Origin: Catajapyx aquilonaris
Taxonomy: Eukaryota
Assembly: GCA_000934665.2 (NCBI GenBank)
Contig: KZ538014.1
Span: 124,001 to 188,000 of the forward strand
Direction of reading: 5' to 3'
Length of the DNA: 64,000 nt
Shown: one piece after another, positions 27,054 through 39,809 of the stretch
Layout: every line of letters starts with the position of its first letter
Numbering within the stretch: position 1 is the stretch's first letter
Translations under genes and position numbers: made by a program
The notes under the pieces: generated by a model
Databases searched by the model: none
Told to the model about the DNA's origin: nothing
What the model saw: the letters and a program-made list of their open reading frames with translations, nothing else

Positions 27054-30000
27054 TACATGCTGGCAGAAGGAAGTCAAAATGCATTTTTTCTCTTTGTTGT
27101 GTATGATCTATGATTCATTTTATGAGGAGAATTCGATTATGTTTATGCATAAGTCCTGCGGCAACAATGCTAAATAAAAACATAATGTTACAATCACTTC
27201 CGATATAACCAACTTTCAACTAGACAATCTTACACTTACAAGTATAGACACCTCTTGACCTACAACATAGTCAGCGCATATTTCTCAGCTTCCATAAGCT
27301 GCTTAAGAACATCTTAAGTCATTGGCAAATCCCTAGTGATAACGTATTTGTAAATGTTCTTGTTATTAGCTCATATATTTTTGATGCACAAACCCATGGA
27401 AATTTTTATACAATATGTATTGCCTAACAAACAGGCTTTTTAAATGATCACATAAGGTTTTCTAGTATAACTATACTCTCCAGATGTATTGTCCCATTTT
27501 GATGCTATAGTGAAATAGTAGGATGATTAACGCTACAGCCGTTGTCCAGTGCATTCAGTACGAGGCAAATTAAAACATTACATTTCAGAGCATGCAGACT
27601 ATTCCACATGCCAATTTGACTACAATTCCAGGCAGTTGAAAACTTTTGCATAAACAATGAACCCGCTGAGTGGAAATGCGATATTACATATTCCCTATCA
27701 GCAACATCATAATTCGCATACCTGCAGTTGTGATGTTCCATTGTACTAGTTATTGCCAAATAAATGTGGGACACAGATTGTTCGACGAGGCGGAAGAGCG
27801 AGAGGTGCTGCGCTCTGGTGTCGGCGGAGACGAGTCGCTGCTAGGCTGGGACTAACCTAATCGATCTCAGCGACCCACTTGAAACTTTAAGTCAGTTTAT
27901 TTTTATTTTTATGACCATGTCCATCCAAAAAAAAGAGGGTTTCTTAATTCATCCACACCCCCTTTTATTTCACCCTTATTCCTTCCGTCCTGACCTGCCC
28001 TCTATCCCTATACCGCCAACCCCCCCTACCGTAAAGATTTTTATTTGCTTTTAACCGTACCCTCACCCCCCCTTCTACTCTTACCCATGGAATTCGAATA
28101 CCCCTAGTCCAATGATCTATCCTGTTGTCTCGCATTTCCGCAATTGGTTAGAGGCTTGATTTTTATTGTGCATTAATGATGGCGGGGAGATTGTGCGAGA
28201 AAGTCTGCAGCTTGTAAAAACCCGTCGGCTCTTACTTTACCTTTTTATGGCCGGTAGTAAGAAACGCAAGCTGCACTTCATGGCAGAGTGAAGGATGTTG
28301 ATTCGCGCACGCAACTCAATTACAGCCACTCCATTACAATATCGTAAAGTGTAGAGGCCAAGTGCGTTTTCTAGCCCCGTTCACATTGTATTGCGATTAA
28401 TTATTTTTTTGTGCATTTTTTTGGCGAAATTGAGTGGATGGAATAAGTCATGGTATTAGGCAAAATTCGTATTATGGCGCAGGGAAAGGCGAGGGTTTTT
28501 TTTTTTCTGGGTCGAATAATCCTAATATAATTTGGAAGAAAAGCCCAACTCTTTTTCTGGGAGGTCAGGCTTGCATCTGCTACCTTCCCATTGCGATCGG
28601 AGTAGTACTTGCGGCCTATTTAAGATTCTGAAACTTGGAGGAAGCGGAGACTTTTCTTAAAGAAGAGGCTTTTTTTTGAGGGGGGAAACAAAAAAAGCTC
28701 TTAGTGCTAAAAGCTGTAGTCGTATAACCTTGGAAGCTAATTATCTAGTAGAGTAACTTTCAGATTTTAAGACGGCACAGTATTACTCTATGTTGCAGTT
28801 TTAATGACGCGAGTCTGATGCAAATGCAAGACCCAAAATGTCAACCGGTAGGGTAAGCTTCATTCAGCTTGATTTCATTAGGTTAATCCATGACCTGGGG
28901 TATCAAGAGTCTACAGTGTCACAATAAGCCATATTTGGATTAGTCTGCATAATATATGGACATGCATTTTGACAGTTTTGTTTTATTTACACCTCTAAGT
29001 ATCATTTTAATCTCTCTCAGTTAGTTCTACAAAGTCATAATGAGCCAGCAAGCCAGGATTTTCTGCATGCACATTCTGTTATCTCGAAACTGTTCTTTTC
29101 TGTACTTTGTAAAAAAAATTCTGTATGACCACAATAGTCTTCCAATATTTTAAAACTTACCAGCACTTTTCAAGGGACTAACCTAACATGTTGATTTCCA
29201 AAATATGTAATGACAGGTCAACCATTATTGTCCTCTTAATTTTTGGGCCTTGCCATGTAATCAGTGTTAAAGGAAGTTAATCGCCCACTATTATTCTGAT
29301 GGAATTAATTGGGCGTGGGCGCAGGCGTCGATTGAGGTGCAAAAGGTTCTTTCTCAGGTTCGTTTTTTTTTCTAGGGGGTTGGGGGAAACGCCCCTCGAG
29401 TCCAGCAAGAGCCTTTTGTTCGACAAGCCCATTGAGTTAGATACGTGACCCCCTAGGACTAAAAACCTCCAACGCCCTTATCTTGGTAAGCGCAAAATGC
29501 TGACTTGGATAACCCAAAGGAAAAGGGACCAAGAAAAAAAAAGAAGTATTGAAGGCGACGGATTAAAATGGGACTTTGCTCTATACCCCTCTTTTACTCC
29601 CCTCCTCCATGTCTGAAAAAATAAAATAAAAGTCTCCCCCATCTCCCCCTTCTTGGCAGTAAAGAATGAATATCAGATTTGGCCAGGCAGCTGTGGGTAA
29701 AGATATCATAAAGCATGCAACGGAGACACGCTGCCATGGCCAGGGGAGATGGAAATGACTTTTCCTCATCGACGTGCCAGGAAAGCATAATGACGGTCAT
29801 GCCCCCTCCCCTCTAACCACACAGCCCTCAAATACAGAATTCTTAGAAGGTGATAGCAGCGTAGGCTTAGAGGGATCTACCTGATCACATTTACTTTTAA
29901 ACACGGACCAAAAAATGGGGGGGAAAGAGGGAAATTTGTATTCAGAAGCGTCTTGCCTAACTCTTAGCAGTCTCATGTCCAGTCTGAACCAGAAGTTTCC

Positions 30001-33000
30001 ATCTTGAGATTTTTTATGTTGCTTTTTTCTTGGTTGGCGGGTGTGGGTGGTGCTAAAGCAAGATCTACGAGTTATTCCTACTTTGCTCTCATGACCTTAA
30101 TATTGTATGACACCCACAGATGTGGGGGGTGTGGTATGTTCGTAATTACCAGGTGCTGACATTTTTTGAGCGTCAACAAAAATATTGTTGCAGAGCCTCT
30201 CTCTTCAGCAGTGGGAGTAATTGATGTGTTTAGTGTGCTTCTGAGTTATGCAGCTTTGAAACTAGTTCAAAGAAACATGAAAGCCTGAAATGAAAAAGGA
30301 TCAGCCATATTGGAATTATTTCGAGATAAGATGGTTTTATATTATGAAGATGGCATTATTCCTTACAAAAAAATTTACAAATATATTTATTTTGAATTTT
30401 AATGGCTTTGCAGAACACTTACGTAGCCACCAGAAAGTACCAATTGAGAAGATTAATAAGACTAATAACTATCATAATTTTGACCAAAATGCTACGAAAA
30501 ATGGTGTTTCAGGTTTTCACATGCATTACAATATTTCTGAATGCTCTTATTGCATTGTAATTTATTTTCTTCGCCGAATAACTTTATTAAACAATATAAT
30601 ATGACAATTATTGTTCAAATGAATGGTCATCCTGACTTGCCATTATTTTTATTTGTATAGGTTAATACTGCACTGATGTACAGGCATTATGCTGGGAAAA
30701 ATAAAAAGTGCATCCAGACTTGGAATGGTATACAGCATATAGACGAAATACCGCTTATTATTTATAAAGAAACTTACTTACTAACTTTTAAAAAATGCCG
30801 CTTATTATTTGACTTGAGCTGTAACATCATACTTACATGCGCTTTACCCGGAATTTATTTGTTGTGCTCTAATAACTTGCGCTATACTTGCGGGTAAACA
30901 TGTCTGGCTGTCATTGCATACAGTGAGCTGGAGAATTCCGAGAAAACGCTCGCGAATAAGGAGAGATCACACAAACTCTTTCCTCATGAGCAAATCCTCT
31001 GTCCGATCCGAAGATCCTATACGATCCCAGAGGTGGCTAGACTGTGGCGCCAACCACTACACTATGGTGTTTCCATTAAAACAAGAGAATAACAGGTGCG
31101 TCATTCAAACTTGACACTCGCAGAGTAACACTGCATAATAATATTAGCCTACTATACAGTATATGTGTCATGTCCATAGTCGCAAAATGCATTGAAGTTT
31201 AACATTAATTTGGCTGTAATTTATAACAGTATTAGATACATCCTAATTAGCTAACTAATTTTAGTTTAGATTATGTATAGTGTAATGAGAGTTGTGTATG
31301 CAAGAATCCCGAGAGATACGTGATGCTTTTTGTACAGTGATGTACAGGCTAACATACATAATACATTTAGGACTAATTCCTATGTTAAGTAGTTAACGGA
31401 ACACGTTACCCTTCGTGCTGTTCTGCTTGTATGTGTATAGCACATGAATTATTATTATTATTATACCCTGCAAAAATGTGAGTTTGTCTTTATTTTTATT
31501 TGTTGTATAGTTAATTCAAAGGGGCTTGAAATGCACACAGTTCTCATACATACCCAGAACTACTTTTGGTTTTTACATTTTTTTCCATGATATAATTTAT
31601 AAACGTTGTCCTGTGAAAGAATTATAGCAATATGTTGCGACATTATCATTACTTGAAGAGCGTTAGGGCCTAACCCACATCAAAAATGCAATCTGTTCAT
31701 GCAAATAACCATTTGCATTATTTATAGCACACCAACAAAATATTTCATGACCCACATTATTAACACATTTTAATAAATCACTTACCTCAAACTCTGATTT
31801 TACCACAGATCACACCTCGCGGCTTTATTTTAATTATCTTCAAACAGTAAAAGACCATTATAATCTGATTACTCATACCACGATATCATTGTGCTAGATA
31901 TCTTCCACACACATGCCACCTGAAAAACTGTCCCAGCATGTCACACCACATTCCAACAGCGCAGCGTCGCGAAATCCTCCTGTTGTAATCCATCTAGAAA
32001 TGTGTGTAACGCACGTGACGTCAACTACAAAGGCCTAATAATTGCAATGACACGCGTAACGTGCAGGTCATGTACTCCATGCGGAAAACATGACGGGAAT
32101 GAAACCAACACAAAGATGGATGGAGCAAATGAACTTTTGAACGCACGTTTGCGTCTCATATGCACACAGTAAACATAGCAGATGCATCAGCGTGATGCCA
32201 CAACAACAAGTCGGCCACCGTTATGAAATAATAAACTGCGCGATATGTCACAATGTACCAAAAGGGGGGGAGGTCGTATCTTGGATGTTTCGAGATTGAA
32301 ATGCGAATGTAAAAGGGCAGCAAGTGTGCATGGCGTGTATATTGTTGGTGTAAGAAAAAAAAAAGTGTTACCTACAGTGGTGTCTTTTTCTCCCGCCTTC
32401 TTTTTGCACCCCCATTTCCTCCAGTTTCTATAGCCCCGGTGGCCCCCACAATGCTTGGGGGGGCCTCCGTCAACACCAACCCGTATCCTCGCACTCTTGC
32501 TCAACAAATGGTGGATGTTCTTGACGTTTGAAGCCCAGATAAAACCCGGGAAATTACAGATGGGTCGTTTGCAAAGCTTCGGCGATCCCATAACGGCTTG
32601 ATGACTTTCTTACTGCTGCTTCACTTGTCAATAGCATCCCGCTTGCGAGGCTTGGGAGGCGGCACAATATTCTATCGGCTTTTAGCGTCCCCCCCACACA
32701 CCCCACCCTTTTCACAAAAAGGGCACTATTTTCCCCCCCTCCTCTCCCCACCTTTTTTTTATACTTTTTCCACCCCTCTTCCTGGTCCATGGGACCGTTC
32801 CGAGGGGTTTTATAGGAGAAGGCAAGTCTCTCCTAGTGAGTGACCATAGAAGGACGAATGACCTCTTGTATGCTGAACAGCACATATAGTGTGCAATAAA
32901 AAAATTAAGAAGTGTTCACACCCACGGATTTTAATTGGCCGTTTTCCAGGCTGCGGATGACTTTTTAATTAATTTAAAGTTTCATTGATTCCAAGGCTTG

Positions 33001-34458
33001 GAAATCAGGGGGATAAAGTTTGATTTTCCGGGGGCCCATGGGCCAGAAAGCGGAAAACTCGCCAATGCGGCGGAACAATCCACTCTCATTTTCATGAGAT
33101 GGGTGGGCTCGTATCTTGGGATTTTACAGCTTTAACTTCAAATTCAGGGGAAAAAAATAGGTTGCATACGATTAACTTACCTGAGGCGGTTACAAAGTTT
33201 AAAAAATTATATATAGTGTGTTTTTATGGCCTGCAAGCTGGAAATGGTGTCAAACAATTTGGTGCATTAACGTTACGGTGGACATTTAAAACCCACAATT
33301 GTCTGGTGTCATGACCGTAAACGAATTTATTTTGAATTTACAAACTGCCTGAAACTGAAGACTCCTGGTAAAAAAAAATATAAACTATCTAAGGCATGTT
33401 AGTTTCATTAAGCCAAGTGACGAAACGACCGACCAACCTACCTGCTCTCTTGTTGGCGTCATAAAAGGCCGTTTAAAATAAAGACTTGGTTCATTAACAG
33501 GGCGATAAAGCCCTTTTTTCGCAGTCAATAGACTTGATGGCATACATAAAAGTCGCAAGTGTGGACTAGTTTCATGCGTAATAACGGGTTTAGTTGCGGT
33601 TGGCAATGAAATGCTCGTGAAAATTATGTTGGCAAAGATTTATTTATATTTAATAGTATGCGCGGGGATTGTGAAAACGAGCGACTTGACCAAACCACGA
33701 CAATAGCATTGAAAACGGGCCCATTGTCGCTAATACGTCATGTTTACACACATGCTACGGGGTGTAACATTCTCATGTTGTGCATGTCACTGCCCATAAT
33801 TTATAGTGGCTGTGATAGTGAAAAATAAATGTTTATATAGCCCCCTCTATATTTTTATAGTATGGTATAGAATTTGAACGCGTTTAATTACTCTACCCGC
33901 CCATTTTGTAGACTAATTACAATGGGTCAAGTGTCGTGGGTTTACTCAGGCGACTGTCACGCTCGGGTGACCTCAGTTTTAATTAGCCCTGAAAAAAAAG
34001 AAGCAACAAAGTCGTATACACATTGGAGCGCACTTCCTTCCAAGTGATTGGCCGAGTTTCCGCTCCGTTACACTTATAATGACGCATGGGTGTAATATGC
34101 AGGTGGTGCACAAAAGACGACGACGATTCCTTTCAATACTCGGTATGCCCGTCACTGCAATCCCCGTCCTATCTGGCCCATTCTTTATTGTGCGAATCCA
34201 CAATGACCAAGGGGCACATCATGCGTCACGATCTTGAAGGTTGAAACCCTTGCAACTGTTATCGACATATACCACACGCTGCACCCTTGTCGCCGAAGAT
34301 TCGAAAACATGCACACTTGTATTGAGAAGGTGCTTTATTGGCGACACAGTACGTACCCCTGGTCCAGCCTTGTAGTCTTCCCCCAACTATTGGGCCTAGT
34401 GGGTGGATAGGGGCGGTACATTTATCCGTGGATATAATGTATTTTTCACGGGAGGAAA

Positions 34459-34560
34459 GGGGGGTTGGGGGTGTAGAGTTAGAGTAGGGGCGGGGCTGGG
34501 TGTGTGTGTGGTGCAGGGAGTGGGGGCAGAAGGGGGGTAGGGGGTAGGGGGGGGGAGAGG
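34459..34560 (+). repeat. G-run cluster (potential G-quadruplex) upstream of abd-A
   Basis: About ten runs of three or more G within 100 bp, e.g. GGGGGGTTGGGGG...GGGGCGGGGCTGGG...GGGGGGTAGGGGGTAGGGGGGGGG. Confidence 0.6.
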
Positions 34561-34639
34561 TCTCTCGCTCCTCAGATGGATAGTTTCATTTTGGTGTAAG
34601 GTAAAAAGGTTGGCGTGCGGCGCTCCTTGACTTAGTCGA

Positions 34640-34810
34640 GGAGGAGGCAGGGCCGGCTGGAGGCGGGCGGGCGGGCGGGAGAGGCTTTGCGACCTCGCGG
34701 GCTGGCAAGCGGGGCAGCGGCAGGAGCGGCAGGCAGGCAGACGGGTGAGCAGGCGGGTAAAGCTGCGTACGCATCAGTCCGTGGACCCACGACGCGAGCA
34801 CGGGGGCCGG
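34640..34810 (+). promoter_or_regulatory. Candidate distal abd-A core promoter (GC boxes plus Initiator)
   Basis: Tandem GGGCGG (Sp/KLF) boxes at ~34662-34680 and GGCA repeats, then an arthropod-type Inr TCAGTC at 34774-34779 within a CpG-rich island. No clear TATA or DPE. Confidence 0.4.
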
Positions 34811-35057
34811 CCAACAAGGCTGAAGGCTGCTGCCGGTGGTGACGGTAGTGGTGGTGGTGGCGGTGGTGCCGGTGCTGCCCCCCTTCCCCTTCCCCCCAGC
34901 CCCTCTGGCAAAAACCTCTGCTGCACACGCTTCGTTTTCCGCGCCGCCACTGGTTCCTGCAAGATGTTCCTAGATGGCATTACCGTCTATACCGCCGCCA
35001 AGTATTGAACCAAGAAAAGCCGCTATTACTGTCATTCATCTTGCGCGGCGGCTGGCT

Positions 35058-35209
35058 CCCATTGGCTGCTGCTGACACCTGTCCGCTGATTGGGCAGAGT
35101 TATTTACAAGTCTACGAGTTCCGTTGTGTAGCCATTATTGTAAGGTTACATTTAGTTTGAGGCATAAAGGATTCAGTTTAGAGCGGCCATAAAGAATTAT
35201 GGTGCAAAA
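35058..35209 (+). promoter_or_regulatory. abd-A proximal element: two reverse CCAAT boxes, E-box, Hox/Cad-type sites, Inr-like TCAGTT
   Basis: CCCATTGGCTG (35058), CACCTG, CTGATTGG (35086-35093), TTTACAA, GCATAAA, GGCCATAAA (35185), TTATGG and TCAGTT (35173-35178), all just before the AUG. Confidence 0.4.
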
Positions 35210-35621
35210 ATGAGTTCTAAATTTATCGATAGTATGCTGCCCAAGTACCAAACGGACACGGGGACCGGAGTGGTTAATTACAGTCCGCAGCACGCCAGAA
35301 TGTATCCGTATGTCTCGATGGCCTCGCACCAGCAGTCGCCGTTCGCGGCTACCAGCACCATGGTCCCGTTCGGCTCGCCCTTGAACGACTCGGACAAGTC
35401 CTGCCGCTACACCACGGGCAACGTGGCCGAGTCCATGGTGAACTATCCCCTGGGTCCCCAGAACGGAGCCTCGGTACCCAGCAGCATGGCAGCGGCGGCC
35501 GCGGCGCAGTTCTACCATCAAGCCGCTGCCGCCGACCCCACCAACCCGCTCAACTCCTGCTCGCAGACGGCGGCTCAGCCCATACCGGACATCCCCAGAT
35601 ACCCCTGGATGTCCATCACCG
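35210..35621 (+). CDS. abd-A: Hox protein abdominal-A, coding exon 1 (137 codons plus 1 nt; homeodomain exon not in window)
   Basis: The N-terminal MSSKFIDSMLPKY, ARMYPYVS, DKSCRY, the poly-Ala/FYHQA block and the hexapeptide region IPRYPWMSIT are characteristic of arthropod Abd-A. AAAATG start context, GC3-rich codons, and a canonical donor ACC G|GTAAGT immediately after YPWMSIT, the usual Hox intron position. Confidence 0.93.
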
Positions 35622-38600
35622 GTAAGTCCATCCACTTCTTCATCCACTTCCGTCACTCGTGTTGCACGACCCTCCGGCATGTCCCGTCCCGCTCCGTCCG
35701 ACCGATGGACCCCCCTTGTAGCCAAGATACACCCCTGGGCTAGGCCTCGCCCATGTCCCTTTCAAGTAGGCTATAAAAGAGTCAAATGGCAGCCGTTAAC
35801 CAAAGCTACCAATTAAATATATATAAAAGGAGCATAAACACTCTTTATGGGGATTTTCATGTTGTTGACTTCATATGCCGGCTTAAACACCTCCCGGAGA
35901 AGGCGGCCGCCACCTCTCTGGACGGACACTCGCGAGGGTGCTTAAAGGTGTTAAAGGGTGCTTACAGCTTCTTTTAATGCGCCTATACGTACCAGTTTAC
36001 TCCTTCCTACCAAGCTCTATAGCAAAGTCTCCTCCCGACTCTCTAACTCCGCTTGCCTTCTCCGGATTGTCCTTTCACACGCACCCAACCAAACACCCGC
36101 CATTTCTGGAAAACCACAAAAAAATTTGTACAAGTCACTTCTGCTAGGCCTAGTGCTTACAAATTATTGCTCAAAGACAATGCGGGGACTCCATTAGTCC
36201 TAAGGGCCGTAAAGGGAACAAATGAGAGATGCTGACGATATTCAAAGTGCTACAATCCAATATCACAGCACGCTATTTTGCAAGTTTATGGTACCCACTT
36301 TTTGGGAAAGGGGAGGGGTTGGGGAGGGTTCCATTACCTAGGGCTAGCAACTCCTATTTTTTTACTCTTGAAAATAAATTCTGATTTTGCATGCATTCTG
36401 GGCCTCCAAAAACCTGTGAGAGTGTGCAGATTAATGAGCCAGGAAGTGCAACCTTTTCCCCCCGTGTTCTAACGTGATTTTTAGTTGAAAACGTCACTTC
36501 TCATGAAAGCGAGCGATAAATAGGCGAGCAATTAGCATGGAAATCTAGAGCGATATTTTACCAAAGCCTTGTACCTGGGCCGTTCGCCCTCTATAAAAAA
36601 ACTAAACCCTAGATCGGGCTTTTGTATAATTCGGAAGGCCATTGTGCGGAAATTGCCGGCCTCGAAAAGCTATTCGTCACCGCCGAACACACAATAATTA
36701 AATCCAAATTAACTCCTGTTTGGATAATAAAACCCTCTCCCGGAAAGCCATCAAAAAACGTAGAAACGGGACCGGGCTTCGGAGGGGTCCTAGAACCCCA
36801 TTGTAATTTTCTGGAGCTGACTTTTCCATCCGACATTGCCTCTGGCTTTGCCTACCAATGTAATAAAAAAGGAAAAGAGGGGGGCCTATAAGATCCATCA
36901 ATTTGGGCGGTAGAAAACCTGTGGCGAATGGCAAATTAGGCCTAGGCCGCCTTGCAAGCTATAACAGCACTATTTAGTACTATGCCGCACATTTTCCGTA
37001 TAGGCCTAGACCAACGTGACTGGGGCTTATTTTTTTTACGATTTGGAAGTGGATTAATACAATTTGTATTTGTGTTTTGTGCAATGTCAGGGTCCGGTCC
37101 ATTTGGGTGTTATGATGCGCATAAAACCCGTTAGCGTTTCTTTCAATTTAAACTGCCGACATAGTTACACGTGTGGTTAATGTCCATTTGCAAAATATTA
37201 CAGCGTCGTAAATTTGCGAATCGTTACAGACTCTTCTTCCGGTAATAATGCGGTTGTCATGCTGGCGATATTATTTAGCAATGCCGCTCTAGGCCTAGTT
37301 TGAAACAAAGCGTGACTATGGTCTGGTGATTAGTCCAATTCATGATTGAATATGATGTGTAGGCTTTTCATTATTGGTTTATAACTTACCTGAGTGAATG
37401 CAACATATTCGGGGTAATAGTGATAATTGAAATTGCTCTATAAATTGCATGCATTAGTACATGCTGGTTTATTTCGACGAGAATGTAAGTGTACGTTTTG
37501 TACACATCCTATCTGTAATATAAATAACTGCATTGTTATTTATGAATATTTTTAGAATTGCTGCAATGACGCATAAAGACTACAATAGAGATTTTGTCGT
37601 TGAAAAAATTTGGGTACAGAATTACAGTAGATAAATAAACGAAATAACCTATCAAAGATGGTAGCAGACATTTCAATATGAATATGGCTCAGTATTTAAA
37701 TATTGGCTATCTTTAATAATTTATTAATTATGTTATACTAACAACAATCGCATTTTTTGGGAACTTCATTCTCAAATTATTTATTTACATAATACAATCG
37801 AGAATATAAAGTTCATTGTACATTGTCTTCATGGTCTTCATTTGATAGCTGTTATGCCATTAAGTGTTACATTATAATGCAGGATTATGTTATCAGTGCA
37901 GTGGTTTGATTGCTCTTTCATTTTTCTACATCCGTCTTGATAAATAAATATCATAATTATATATTAAAATGGTACTTCACTACACAGTGAAGTGTCTACA
38001 GCATCTAAACACTGAAACCTCTACATACATAAAAATATCACTAGATGAATGTAATCTCGGGCAGGCAAATAAAGCCAATTGCACTTTGAATTAAATTGTT
38101 TTAATGGTAAATCATTTGATATTTTAGGTAATAAAATTATTCCTCATTCTAAATTATTTTGTTCACGTGCACCAACTTTATTTCCTTATTCATCATGCAT
38201 TTAGAGCTTTTAGGTGTTTATAGCAGCAATGTAATATTGTAGTTAAAATGTATGTCATTTATAACTAACATTCGATGTTAACAGTTATACAGATCATGTT
38301 ATAAGCATTTGACAGATGTATGTAGTAGTTTCTCATTTTGCAAAATATGTGCAATGTTGCTATGGAAAATATATTAATCTATATATTCCTCATCACTGCG
38401 AAAGAAAAATATAATCATGTCATTATATAATCATGTGATCACAGATGCTTACTGAGAGCCTGCAATAAAATAATACCTGCACTATAAAATATAATATGCA
38501 TTCAATGGAACAGAGTCAACGAGAAGGCAAAAACTATACAGAATAATCTTCTTCAAATCTGCAATTATTGTTAAACATGTGTTTTTCCCCTACTGTAAAC

Positions 38601-39809
38601 ACGCAGTATAGACTGTGACTTAACGGTATGTTTAATTTAAATGCCGATCACTGATAACATTGTTGCAGCATTTACTTTTGTAGGACTCAATATTACACCT
38701 TAATAATTTTAAATAAATTATAACGAATTCAGCAATTTTGTCAGGACACATCAATCCTCTAGTACCACTAACACGTAAAATTCGACAGTTAATTGCAATT
38801 TATTACATTTAAAAGCAAAATGGACGCACCTTCCCACTTTTATAACTTGATTCGTAATTGATCACAGGCATATAGGACACTGAAACGAATTCGGCACAAT
38901 TAACTTCATGAGAATAAATATTATAGTGTACGATTATTCCCAAGAAACTGGTATACGAAATATATTGTTGTAAATGCCGTAGATGATACTCACTATTTAA
39001 TGACCTAACCTGCCGAAATTATTACTTCCTATGGCGGCACGACAATAAATTTATTATTTATTTTCATATATTCGTATTCTGTAATTGAACCTCTGTTGGC
39101 AAAGAAATCTGAACAAATGGTACCGTATCAGCTATGTCTCAAGTAACTTATGTCTGTTGAATCCTATTTTATGCTGAATAAGAATGGGCTGTAGCTAAAT
39201 TTTTGTTAGTGGCATAATCCTTCAAAATTAAACAAAGATTAACTTTATTTTTCCTTATAGTTACTTGTATAAATTGTGAATTGCGTGGGCCTTTCCTACT
39301 CACAGTGCATGCTTGCCAAATGTAATCAACGGTATTAAGGCCACTATACAGTTCTCTTTTTCAATTACATGTGTTTTAATGTACTCTGTAGAACACTTGA
39401 GTTATGCCATTTTTAGCGAAACAATGAATAGTATTGTGAATAGTCTTATCCTTGTATGGTTTGCCGGAAGGTGACTCTACAGTTTTCTGACGTTTTCGGT
39501 GCATTGCAAGGAAGAAAAGATTGCCAGCTATTGAGTCTTATCGTCACTCTGTGCGCAATTGGTTTTACGATAAATGCATACTGCATGTGGTCATTACTAA
39601 GCTGTTTAATTATGTGAAAAATGGAATAGTTATGTTAAATCTCCTTTCACTTGCAGAAAATGTCGACAGGTGCATGAGCGAGACGTGGTATACACAATAT
39701 TACACTGATGCAATTCAGCCAGTAAAATATATATGGGCAGGTGAATGGAGAATACTGGGGTATATGCAGCATAAGTCATGAAAAGTCATTATGAAGTCAT
39801 TAATCTGGG

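Noticed and set aside
1..35209. miR-iab-4/iab-8, expected between abd-A and Abd-B
   Set aside because: I found no ACGTATACTGAATGTATCCTGA or TTACGTATACTGAAGGTATACCG on either strand. The only partial hit, ACGTATACT at ~16242, lacks the rest and a hairpin. It probably lies upstream of the window; a BLAST search would confirm.
35135..35725. 196-aa antisense ORF over abd-A exon 1
   Set aside because: Shadow of GC3-rich codon usage on the sense strand; no domain.
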